Assembly (NCBI RefSeq): GCF_006345805.1
Contig: NC_043009.1
Span: 64,666,001 to 64,730,000, forward strand
DNA length: 64,000 nt
Source of the DNA: Octopus sinensis
Taxonomy: Eukaryota
Direction of reading: 5' to 3'
Positions 49,201 through 57,822 of this stretch are shown piece by piece. The position numbers and the translations under genes are program-made. The notes under the pieces were generated by a model. The model saw only the letters and a list, made by a program, of their open reading frames with translations. It did no database searches and was not told the origin of the DNA. The first letter of the stretch is position 1. Every line of letters starts with the position of its first letter.

Positions 49201-51389
49201 TGTTTTGTCAAACCACTAAGTGAAAGAGGGGCAAACAATCTGGCGAAAGTAAAGAGAATGCACACCCGGAGGTTAGGGTTAGGGTTTTTGTAACACTGAA
49301 AACGGATGGTGTGCAAGTTCTTTACCTCTGGCAACAATCCAACACCAAGGGTTAAGCATTGAAACACACACACACACGTTATATATATATATAAAACGGA
49401 CTTTCACACAGCTTCTGTCCACCAAATCCTTTCACAAAGCATTGGTAGGTCCAGAGCTATAGCAGAAAACACTTGCCCAAGGTGACTTGTAGTGGAACCG
49501 AACTCGAAAGCATGCGGTTACAGGATCTTCCCTTGCTAAAACCGTATAGTTGTCAGCTTCGACCAAGCAAACTTATGATCAAAGTAGTCCACCCACGACC
49601 AAGCCCGATCTTTAGGGTTGCTTTAGAATCTGTCATCTAATCAAGAGGTAACACAATGGAGCAAGTAACGCGACATATATGAGACCCCTTTCTGCTGACT
49701 GGTACTGCCATCTCAGGAGAAATCAAAGCTTCATTGTTTGATTTAGTACTGAGATTGCACCAGACTAGAACTTGAATGAGGAAGGACTATTACGAAGGCC
49801 AAGGCGAATTTAGGACAGTTTTCAATAATAACTAAAAACCAAGTCCTCAACAGCGATCTTCTTGACGCTCTCAGCTACGTGGACGAGTACTTTGTCAAAC
49901 AAGTACTAAAACAGGAAGGCCTGTTACGAAGATCGCGGTGGATATAGGAGGGCAGTCCTCAATATTAACTTACACCAAGTCCTCAACAAACAGCCATCTT
50001 CGTAAAACTGTTAGCTTAGTAGACGAGTACTAAAACTGCACCAGACTAGATCTTGCACGCGAAAGGCAATTACGAGGACCATGGCGAATTTAGGAGGACA
50101 GTCATCAACAGCCATCTTCGTAACAACAATCAGCCTGGTGGACGAGTACTTTGGGGGGTGAAACGGATACCGAACAGACTGCGTACTTGTCAGTTATCCA
50201 CTACCATCTTCACTACTTGCAACACAATGGTGCTGTCTGACTGACCAAGATGCCAGAAACGTGAATCTGATCAACGAAATTCATTATGGTCATTTACATT
50301 TCGAATCGGAGTACCACCGAGGTCGACTCTAAAAGAATGACAAAATACCAAATTACCTACTGACGTGCATTTAAATTCCTATAATGCATTTTCCGATGTG
50401 AAAAGAATTACAAGAGAACGTTGGGGAAAGGTGTAATTTGACATCTATTTCTAACGGGTTGACTGGCCACGTCCAGGCTCCGTTGTCGGTTTTGTCTGTA
50501 AACATTGGTCTCGATTTACGCCTTAGAAATAGCGAAGAGAGTCTGTAAGCTATATACACACGCGCGCGCGCTACATCTGTGTGTGTAGGTATGTGTGTAT
50601 AAGTATGTCAACAGCGTTACACACTCGTCAAGGCATGTATGTATAACGTGTATACTAGAGTGCATATATAAGAATATATGCGTGCGTGTGTGTGTGTGTA
50701 CACATAACGTAATATATGATGTGTATGTGCACACTCATATATATATTATACACACACACACACACTTATATACATGTTACTGTGTGTACACAATGTATTA
50801 TATGTGTATGTGCACACGCATATATATATATATATACACACACACACTCATTCATGTGTGTGTGTGTACACATAACGTATTATATGAATGTGTATGTGCA
50901 CACGTATATATGTGTGTATATATATAGAGAGTCGATCTTTCGTCTCTAGTAGACCTTTCGCCAGATATATATATATACACATATACATGTGACAGTGTGT
51001 GTATATACACATAACGTATTATATGAATGTGTTTGTACACACGTATATATATATACACACATACATGTGTGTGTACACATGTATTATATGAATGTGTATG
51101 TGTACACGTATATATGTGTGTGTGTGTGTGTATATATATACACACACATACATGTGACAGTGTGTGTATGTGTATAGATGTATGAGTGTGTATATTCACA
51201 CATACATTATATAAATAAAGTGCGTTTAAAATTTAAAAACGTCATTACAACGTTATCCAAACGATTATACTCACACTTCCGACCGTGCCCAACCACTCTA
51301 CGCCTCCGCTTGTACTGTAACTCTCTTCTCTACAACTTTACCATAAAATATAAACAAATGAGACTCACAAACATTTACAATACCGCCAT
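21125..51389 (-). CDS. CENPC: Multi-exon gene, putative centromere protein C (CENP-C/Mif2-like); 3' part missing in this window
   Basis: Manually spliced exons with AG/GT boundaries and matching phases give one ORF: (MA)KWIMALSTAQIRTNLGKGILEGKRIRIDEDGFENFDDYFTETDSDDSDVEIVNHADNVKIVAVKPAADDDAKSSVSPLSLSNFPSRKRLSFPVES... The N-terminal I-R-I-D-E-D-G-F-E-N-F-D-D-Y-F resembles the Mif2/CENP-C N-terminal pattern (I.xDE.(G/S)xE.xDDFF, recalled), followed by long low-complexity acidic and basic sequence. Gene existence is well supported; the identity is inferred from one motif. Confidence 0.7.
23092..23515 (+). mobile_element. Non-autonomous Helitron
   Basis: A|TCtttatatataaaa 5' end, subterminal hairpin cccgagcaacgccggg, 3' CTAG|T. 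Confidence 0.75.
23532..23627 (-). CDS. CENPC: Repeat exon R6 (SVPSGLPENKSSPSKHKMSQPSPTAKQTSKSK)
   Basis: gtacctcag|GT GTA CCT TCA G...AGC AAA A|gtaagt; 96 nt (or 84 nt), phase 1-1. Confidence 0.85.
23903..24257. repeat. Inverted repeat (about 145-bp arms), Penelope-like
   Basis: 23903-24045 is approximately the reverse complement of 24112-24257. Confidence 0.8.
25078..25173 (-). CDS. CENPC: Repeat exon R5 (TVPSGVLKEKSSPLRHKKLRPSPIAKSTLKTK)
   Basis: ttttccccag|CA GTA...ACT AAA A|gtaagt; 96 nt (alternative acceptors give 93 or 84 nt), phase 1-1. Confidence 0.85.
26157..26240 (-). CDS. CENPC: Repeat exon R4 (SEAKDKTPPSRHKRPQPPLAAKHTLKSK)
   Basis: gtactctcag|GT GAA...AGT AAA A|gtaagt; 84 nt, phase 1-1. 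Confidence 0.86.
27002..27794. repeat. Direct repeat of about 190 bp
   Basis: 27002-27193 and 27605-27794 are near-identical. Confidence 0.85.
28258..28621 (-). mobile_element. SINE family A
   Basis: Near full-length match to 1648-2038. Confidence 0.85.
29256..29469. mobile_element. piggyBac-like MITE
   Basis: TTAA-CCCTTTCGTTAC ... GTAACGAAAGGG-TTAA; an oppositely oriented partial copy at about 14195-14381 is interrupted by a SINE. Confidence 0.8.
30544..30627 (-). CDS. CENPC: Repeat exon R3 (SVPQDKSSPSRYKKPPTTSPEKQTLRNK)
   Basis: ttctctcag|GT GTA...AAT AAA A|gtaagt; 84 nt, phase 1-1. Confidence 0.86.
31075..31320 (-). mobile_element. tRNA-derived SINE family D
   Basis: gagtggactggagcagtgtgaaatgaagtg...ccaggaattgaaaccac; related copies at about 18765-18880, 22265-22490 and 55190-55345. 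Confidence 0.7.
31380..32000 (+). mobile_element. Tandem SINE family B copies
   Basis: ggcggtgagctggcagaaacgttagc...ttctgagttcaaattcc...gtcgactttgcctttcatccttt, repeated here; similar copies at about 991-1180, 36715-36940, 42560-42915, 45658-45875, 51575-51846, 58525-58735 and 62088-62295. Confidence 0.8.
32036..32125 (-). CDS. CENPC: Repeat exon R2 (SVPQEKSSPLKRKKPQPSPTAKHTLNYKRE)
   Basis: ttccttcag|GT GTA...GAA A|gtaagt; 90 nt, phase 1-1. Confidence 0.87.
32665..32760 (-). CDS. CENPC: Repeat exon R1 (DVPSDVPKDKSSPLRHKKPQPSPTAKQTLKSK)
   Basis: ttttcttcag|AT GTA...AGT AAA A|gtgagt; 96 nt, phase 1-1. Confidence 0.87.
32912..33120 (-). CDS. CENPC: Exon 10 (FSASPEKIKESPRKMISAFGVHKPTVQTRYFDVFDTNLSLIEENEK...SAEKNK)
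   Basis: ttttcctgacag|C TTC AGC...AAT AAA G|gtttgt; 209 nt, phase 2 to 1; overlaps ORF 32886..33077 in frame. Confidence 0.88.
33791..33846 (-). CDS. CENPC: Exon 9 with NLS-like RKKRK (VLPEAVSTRKKRKMTVSE-S)
   Basis: ttctccacag|GTT TTG...GAA AG|gtaact; 56 nt, phase 0 to 2. Confidence 0.87.
33936..34149. mobile_element. Tc1/mariner-like MITE
   Basis: TA-cagggtggccccaaatg ... cttttgggccaccttg-TA. Confidence 0.6.
35205..35570 (-). mobile_element. SINE family A
   Basis: Diverged match to 1648-2038. Confidence 0.8.
35838..36029 (+). repeat. Inverted duplicate of exon 4 with its splice sites and adjacent intron 4
   Basis: ttttttttacag-actccgatgactctgaagtagaaactgtgaaccacactgacaatgtt-gtaagtatc... 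is the reverse complement of 43870-44052, with 3 substitutions in the 47-nt exon part. Confidence 0.92.
36161..36222 (-). CDS. CENPC: Exon 8, acidic (ENEDDEENEDDLENDNIKNED)
   Basis: ttgttttccag|AA AAT GAA...GAA GAT|gtaagt; 62 nt, phase 1 to 0. Confidence 0.88.
37083..37515 (-). mobile_element. SINE family C with (ATG)n tail
   Basis: catcatcgtttaa...catgctagcatgggttggacgg...ctggatgcccttcctaacgccaaccac; copies also at about 19800, 22540, 33425, 34280-34895 (opposite orientation), 38410, 41490, 43460, 46660-47095 (opposite orientation), 52425, 61520 and 62470. Confidence 0.8.
37868..38229 (-). CDS. CENPC: Exon 7 (VSYVQRVISKRGMKS...SSSKECQ)
   Basis: ttttgaag|G GTT TCA...TGT CAA G|gttttg; 362 nt, same frame as ORF 37521..38219, phase 2 to 1. 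Confidence 0.88.
39500..40620 (+). mobile_element. Penelope-like element 3' fragment
   Basis: DTLVSRHFRSTGHSLQHLSVFGL...RLRREQELIFSLRSYTPFGLN, typical of the C-terminus of PLE GIY-YIG endonucleases, then a pyrimidine-rich tail and ttgaagagcgtaggctcgaaacg. Confidence 0.7.
41169..41222 (-). CDS. CENPC: Exon 6 (LSFPVESMTDSCSNASE-E)
   Basis: tttatttgcag|A TTA TCA...GAA GA|gtaagt; 54 nt, phase 2 to 2. Confidence 0.85.
42399..42487 (-). CDS. CENPC: Exon 5 (KIVAVKPAADDDAKSSVSPLSLSNFPSRK-R)
   Basis: ttatttcag|AAA ATA...AAA AG|gtaagc; 89 nt, phase 0 to 2. Confidence 0.88.
43992..44038 (-). CDS. CENPC: Exon 4 (DSDDSDVEIVNHADNV)
   Basis: ttttttacag|AC TCC GAT...AAT GTT|gtaagt; 47 nt, phase 1 to 0. 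Confidence 0.88.
44838..45233 (-). mobile_element. SINE family A
   Basis: Full-length match to 1648-2038; an oppositely oriented copy lies at about 44125-44480. Confidence 0.85.
45395..45483 (-). CDS. CENPC: Exon 3, Mif2_N-like motif (NLGKGILEGKRIRIDEDGFENFDDYFTET)
   Basis: ttgttttcag|A AAC CTA...GAA ACT G|gtaacg; 89 nt, phase 2 to 1, no stops. Confidence 0.9.
47102..47374. mobile_element. hAT-like MITE (degenerate)
   Basis: cagtggttc ... gagaatcactg ends; a related left end lies at about 4492. Confidence 0.45.
47974..48011 (-). CDS. CENPC: Exon 2 (KWIMALSTAQIR-T)
   Basis: tctttttcag|AAATGGATCATGGCA...ATTAGAAC|gtaagt; ends phase 2, matching the next exon. Confidence 0.8.
49746..50150. repeat. 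Three degenerate tandem units of about 120-150 bp
   Basis: Each unit ends in GACGAGTACT; shared ttacga, tagga and tcaaca...cagc.atctt blocks. Confidence 0.7.
51384..51389 (-). CDS. CENPC: Putative exon 1 coding part (ATG GCG, MA), phase-0 donor
   Basis: Minus strand reads cattATGGCG|gtattg just downstream of CCAAT/GC boxes. Phase 0 joins in frame to exon 2 (AAA TGG ATC ATG). Alternative: a non-coding first exon using GTGAGT donors at 51368 or 51274, with the start at ATG 48002. Confidence 0.4.
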
Positions 51390-51515
51390 AATGCGAGGTG
51401 GGACAACACTGAATAATATCGACCTTCTGATTGGTCAGAAATGGGGAATCGGGCGGTGGGGGAAGAGATTTCCTTGTGTTTTGATTGGTTAAAAAGTAAA
51501 CGTCAACGCGTGTTG
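51390..51515 (-). promoter_or_regulatory. Putative promoter of the CENP-C-like gene
   Basis: Two CCAAT boxes in gene orientation (ATTGG at 51430-51434 and 51484-51488, both with CCAATCA context), a GC box GGGCGG at 51451-51456, ACGCGT at 51507-51512, and locally higher CpG content. Confidence 0.6.
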
Positions 51516-52997
51516 ATGTATTTTTTTTATTTCTTTTCTTCTTTTAGGCACCAGGCCAAAAAGTGGTTGTTTATACCTATTTCTTTACTACACACAAGGG
51601 GCTAAACACAGAGGGGACAGACAAGCGGATTAAGTCGATTATATCGACCCCAGTACGCAACTGGTACTTAATTTATCGACCCCGAAAGGATGAAAAGCAA
51701 ATTCGACCTCGGTGGAATTTGAACTCAGAACGTAAAAACAGACGAAATACCTATTTCTTTACTAACAAACAAGGGGCTAAACACAGACAGGACAAACAAG
51801 CGTATTAAGTCGATTACATCGATCCCCAGTGCGTAACTGGTACTTATGTGGTTGTTTATATCGACTCGGCCGTCACTAAGTAAATGTTACTTAACCTCAT
51901 TGCAGACCCCGACCGAACAGAACCCTGTTCAAAAGCGTTCGGTCGTGACAATTCCGTCACTTTGCATATTAGGGACCATTTTATTAAACGTGTCTTTTTT
52001 TTTTCTTTTGTTTATTCATGACGTTATGCAAGGTTTCACTAGATATTTTTAGCAAATCGAGCAAAGATTCAGAGGCCTTCTTAACTTGTTTTATTTTATT
52101 CGGATTTTGAGGCGTATCTTCGATATAGGTACCGGAAGTACCGGATACATTTCAAGAAAGTGTTTTTTTTTTTATATATATATATATGGGGGGTTAGGGT
52201 TTGGAGTGAGAGAAAAGGGTTTCTGTTATCTTCAGAAATGTAAAAAAAGCCACTTACGGTACCTATACCGAAGGATCGCCAACCCCCAACCTTTTTACGC
52301 CACGGACCTATTCCCCACAAAGCAATTTTCCCACGGACATAAGAAAACAACATGCATAATATGTAATTTAATTATTACATATATAAAGTAAAAACACCCA
52401 GCAGATTGTCATATCAAGGAAATCATCATCATTTAGCGTCCGTTTTCCATGCTAGCATGGGTTGGACGGTTCAACTGGGGTCTGTGAAGCCGGAAGGCTG
52501 CACCAGGCCTAGTCAGATCTGGCAGTGTTTCTACGGCTGGATGCCCTTCCTAACGCCAAAAATAGAAATAATTTTTAAAAATTTATTCTTTGTGATATCT
52601 GGTACCAAATGATAGACGGTCAGGTGGTTGGGGACCCCTAATTTAAAGGATGTACTAAGTATGAATGTCTATCATTGTTCCTGTTTACAGGTCTACTAAC
52701 TATTTTTGGACGAGCTAAAGACCTACCACATTCTTAAACTGTGTAGTCCTAACATTTTATGATTTATGCACAAAGCCAGCAATTTTGTGGGAAGGAGTTT
52801 AGTCTACACCACCGCCCCACTACCTGACTACATTTTATCGCTCCTGGAAGAATAAAAGGCAAAACTGAATTCGGTGGGATTTGAACTCAGAACGTCATGG
52901 TCAGACACTGAAAAGTATCTTGTCCAGTAATAATAATCTCTTTGATTTAACCTCAGAGGACAATTTCTTACAATACCTTCATGCATACCAAATATAA

Positions 52998-53530
52998 TAA
53001 TAATGAAATTAATTGTATACAGTGCTCAGGTGCACCACAACTTGTCAGAAAGTGCATATAAAGTACATGCAGTAATGTAGAAATGTCTGGAAAGCGAACA
53101 ATGTATGAGTCAGATACATGCTTGTGTGTGTATGGAGGGGAGAAAATCAGGTGTAGTGTTGGCGAATCTCAGGAAGCATGGAAGTTTTGAAGGATGCAGT
53201 CCTCCGACAACTAACAACTGATGCCGGCAGTTTGTTCCATGCTTCAGCAACCCTCAGCGTGAAAAAATGTTTCCTGAAGTCATGGGAGCTGTGTTGTTTT
53301 CTTACTTTGTAAATATGTCCACGGGTGTTAGATGGGTGGAGTTTGAAAAGGTGCTCAGAGTTATTGTTTGTAAGATGGTTGATAATTTTATGGGTGTCTG
53401 CCAAGTCAGCTGCCAGACGTCGGAGTTTCAATGTGTCCATGCCCAGGGAAGTAAGGTGTTCAGGATATGGCAAATGCCTGATGGAGGGTATTCTTTTGGT
53501 TGCACGTCGCTGAACAGCTTCCAATGTTAA
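52998..53530 (-). mobile_element. CR1-type LINE 3' fragment
   Basis: LEAVQRRATKRIP...LKLRRL..DL...NTRGH.YK...FFTLRVAEAWNKLP, plus a shared 3' UTR ending in (ATT)n. Confidence 0.85.
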
Positions 53531-56130
53531 GACCAGAAACTTTCGAAACGAGATGGGTTGGATAAAACCCATCTCATTTTATAATATATATAAAAACCAA
53601 GGGTGAAAACGTTACACAAGTCTGATAGTTTAAAGAGTTGTGTAAAAGTAAAGACGTAGGCGTGTGGCTGTATGCTAAGAAACTTGCTTCCCAACCACAT
53701 GATTCCAGGTTCAGTCCCACTGCGTGGAACCTTGGCCAAGTGTCTTCTACTAAAACCACAAGTTTGTGAGTGAATTTAGTTGACGGAAACTGAAAGAAGC
53801 CAGTCGTGTGTATGTGTGTGTGTTCATCACTGCTGACAACAGGCGTTGTGTTTATATCCCCCGTAACTTAGCAGTTCGACAAAAAGAAAACCGATAGAAT
53901 AAAAACAACTTCGATTTTGTATCTGGTTTACAACAAAATAAAACAAGATATTATTTAATTGGGTTGTCAAACTGCCTAATGGCTGAGACATTGGCGGTTC
54001 GTGTATAGGAACTGCAGCAACACCTATTTCCACTTGATATTATCGATAACATTCAATATAATGAGTCCTTTTTCCTTTAATTCTTTCTTTATACTTGTAC
54101 ATTATATAATCCATAAGCTTAATGCCAGTAGCCGTACCCAAGTTTATGAAAAAAATACAAAAATCCTTGTATAGAACTGTGTGCTTCACGGTTCCAGTGA
54201 TGCAGTGTTTGGCTGTTGTTCACATGTCTGAGATAGGATGCTTCATGTTAGGGAGAGAGAGCACTGAGTGAACGACAGTGCCAGGTGAAAGGTAGTGCTT
54301 CTTTTTGACTCCACATGTGTTGTGCTTAAAAACATGTTTATATTCTTGAATGTGATAAAGTGCAGAATTAGATTATTATCCTGCTTCCAGCTTCACTGTT
54401 GCTGCCAGGATTTGAAAAAAAGGGCACATTTCCCCCACCTTATTTTGTGATTTATGGGGGATTTTTGAAAAACAGCAGGAAATTTGCGGTGGTGTTCAGG
54501 GAACAAATTAAACACACAACCCGGCAGTGGCTAAAATACAAACTGATCAAGTTTAAGAATAAATTTTCTTTTTATACGTTTGTTTCCTTTTACACAATAT
54601 TAAAACAACGGCTCAAAATTTTCTGAAGCAGCACCCCCACTAATTTTATTTACGAGCTGCCACTGGGCTGAGAACCTACAAGTTGGATCTGGTAAGAGTA
54701 CTTCATATCTCAACTCATTGTGGCACTTGCTGCAGATAAAGGTGACCGTTGATGCCTTTTATGGAAAGAGACCAAAAACAACCACATCCTCTGCATACTC
54801 CTGATTCAGCATTTGTTGTTATTGTGTTCTTGTTTTGGGCAAAAGCTTATCATTTAGGGCTCAGAATTCCAGCCCTGTTTGGTTTTTAAAGTATCTGACA
54901 CTCTTGGTCACAATGACAAATGTTCCAGATGATTCGATCAACAGAACAGCCTGCTTGTGAAAATAACGAGCAAGTGGCTGCACTAGCATAGCTAGTGTGT
55001 GCCACCCAAGGTGGCCCTTCCATTTGCTGCCCCCAGAGCCCACAAGAAACATATATTGCCTACAGCAGATCCAAAAGTGCCACCCCTACTGCCCCACCCG
55101 ACCTCGACCCCAGCTACACTAAGTACTCTACAGACATGCAGACCCTTCTCAGGGAAGATTCAGCATGACACAGAATGAGACGTGGTTGGTGCTGTGAAAT
55201 ACAGATGCAACCCATTTTGGCCAGGTGAGTGGACTGGAGCAATGTGAAATAAAGTGTCTTGCTCAAGGACACAATACACGACCAGGAATCGAACTCGTGA
55301 CTTTGTGATCATGAGCTGAATGTCCCTAACCACAAAGCCATGCCACTTCACCTTATTTGGTTGAACGTGATTAACACACTTCTGTAAAATCTGCCAAACC
55401 AAACAAGATCTATTCTATTTCTGAGACATTCATTCATCTTTTGGAAGGATCCGGAATTTCACGTTATCCTTGTATTCTTTGTCTTCATAATAGGGGGTGG
55501 GGGGAGCTCCACTTATGAAAACAAGACATTTGTACAACAGGGCCAGAGGCAGTTTCAGCCAGGTTCGTATCAAAAGGACTGAATATTGTACCACAGCATC
55601 ATTAATTTCTTCGCTGGAGGCAAGTCCGAGTGCTTTCCATTTGTTGAGCATCATTGATAACATTTAAATTAAAGTTAATTTCCACAGATATAATCCTTTA
55701 ACAAACTCCTGCCCCTCAAAACACTTACTGGTATCAGTGTAATGTTTATATTTATATATTTATCTCTGTAAATGTTTTAACTTTGGTATGTGCTTCAGCG
55801 TCCTTAGGCTGCCAATTTTTTTGGCAGTGGATGTTGGCATCAGATGAACCCCCTAACAAGTGGAACTTCTTTCTCTCTTCCGAAAACATATTTTTGATCA
55901 GATGTTTCCTTGGATAGGCTTAATGGTCAAGTACAGCACTGAAGTAATAATCCCTTCTACTAAAGACACGAAATTCTGCAGTGGTGGGTGGGGGAATGAG
56001 AACAGTCGATTACATCAACCCCCAATGATCAACTAGTACTTATTTTATTAACCCAAAAGAGTGAAGGACAAAGTCGATCTCTGCAGAATCTGAAATTAGA
56101 ACATATAGATAGAATAAATGGTGCCAAACA

Positions 56131-56510
56131 TAATAATAATGAAATTATTGTATACAGTGCTCAGGTGCACCACAACTTGTCAGAAAGTGCGTATAAAGCA
56201 TATGCAGTAATGTACAAATGTCTGGGAAGCGAACAATGTATGAGTCAGATACATGTTTGTGTGTGTATGGAGGGGAGAAAATCAGGTGTAGTGTTGGCGA
56301 ATCTCAGGGAGCATGGAAGTTTTGAAGGATACTGTGCTCCGACAACTAACAACTGATGCCGGTAGTCTGTTTCATGCTTCAGCAACTCTGAGCGTAAAAA
56401 AATGTTTCCAAAAGTCATGGAAGAAGCTGTGCTGTTTTCTGACTTTGTAAACATGTCCACGGGTGTTAGACAAGTGGAGTTTAAAAAGGTGCTCAGAGTT
56501 ATTGTTTGTT
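56131..56510 (-). mobile_element. CR1-type LINE 3' fragment
   Basis: High similarity to 52998-53370; a shorter copy lies at about 35643-35837. Confidence 0.85.
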
Positions 56511-57433
56511 CTGGTTTAACGATTCTGCTAGCTTGTCGTCTTTCAACAATCAACTAATAATAAGAGTAATTTCTAAATTAAACCCGTCACATTATCTGGA
56601 GGGAAGAAGCATTTGATAAAATAAACCACAGTGGTTGCAGAATTTAATTATCAGAAAAAAAAAAAGGGATTATATTGAAGAATTCCTTCCATCCAGGGGC
56701 CCACCTGAACTCTAAAAGCAAAAGTTTTGCCCCCTTGTCCTTCAACTCCCAGTAAGGGTTCGATTTTCTTCTATAAGCAGTCGTCTTGCCATAAATAAGG
56801 AACTTTTACCCCATACTCACCCTCCCCCTACTTACACGACCATATATGTCCGTCAATAGATTCCTCCATTTCTTTCCCCATCTCTTTCTCTCTTCTCCCC
56901 CTCTCTCTCTCTTTCCACCTCACCCTTACCCTCTCTTCATTCCACAATGAACAGATATGTATATTGGTCATACGTTTGTTGGCTGAAAGCTAATCCGTAG
57001 GATAACGACGAGCAAAAAAAAAAAAAAAATCGACTAATCTAAGGGACTTAACTCTGATAGGCTTACGTGACAGTTTTCTTTTTACTGCCATCCATGAGTG
57101 ACGTTGCAGCTTTTCCAAATTTCTGAGACCCATCAACCAGATATGGTGGCTGAGAGCTCTTTCAATATTGATTTACCCTTCCTCAGTCTGGAGGTTCTTC
57201 AATATGAAACCGCTCAGTAATACGATATATTTATATACATTATACACACACACATATATATATATATTATATAGAGGGTACTACTATTCATAAATAAATA
57301 AATATTTTCAAAGTGGAAAAATTTACGGATTTTTTCTCTTACGAGGTTTTTCACGCTAACTACTGATAATTTCTTATGAAGATTTTATCCTCAATTTTAA
57401 ATTTATATATATATATATATATATATACACACG

Positions 57434-57476
<43 letters not shown>

Positions 57477-57479
57477 GTT

Positions 57480-57822
57480 TTCTCACAACCTGAGTTAGAG
57501 AAGAAGTTCCAGGTATGGAAGCAAGGTCTAGAATCAAAGGGCCTTAGGGTTAACCTTACAAAAACCAGTCATAGTAAATAGGAAGGCAGACAAATCACAA
57601 ATCCTTTCAGGTAGATGGCCCTGCTCAATCTCTAGAAAAGGTGTAGGTATAAACTTCAAAAGATGCACCCAATGTAAGCTTTGGACACATAAAAGGTGCA
57701 GGAATATCAGTGGAAAGTTAACAGGGATACTAATTTTTTGTATGAGGAAGGTGTACAGGTACAATAAATGCTGAAAATGCACAGAAAATAGACTCCGTCA
57801 TCTGTCAGTGGGGCAAGCTAGA
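57480..57822 (+). mobile_element. RTE-like LINE RT fragment
   Basis: ELEKKFQVWKQGLESKGLRVNLTKT...GRWPCSI.RKGVG...CTQCKLWTHKRC, with frameshifts. Confidence 0.7.

Noticed and set aside
49271-49287. TTAGGG repeats (also at about 52191)
   Set aside because: At most two units; not a telomeric array
55430-55663. 77-aa ORF in unique sequence
   Set aside because: No recognisable domain or consistent splice partners
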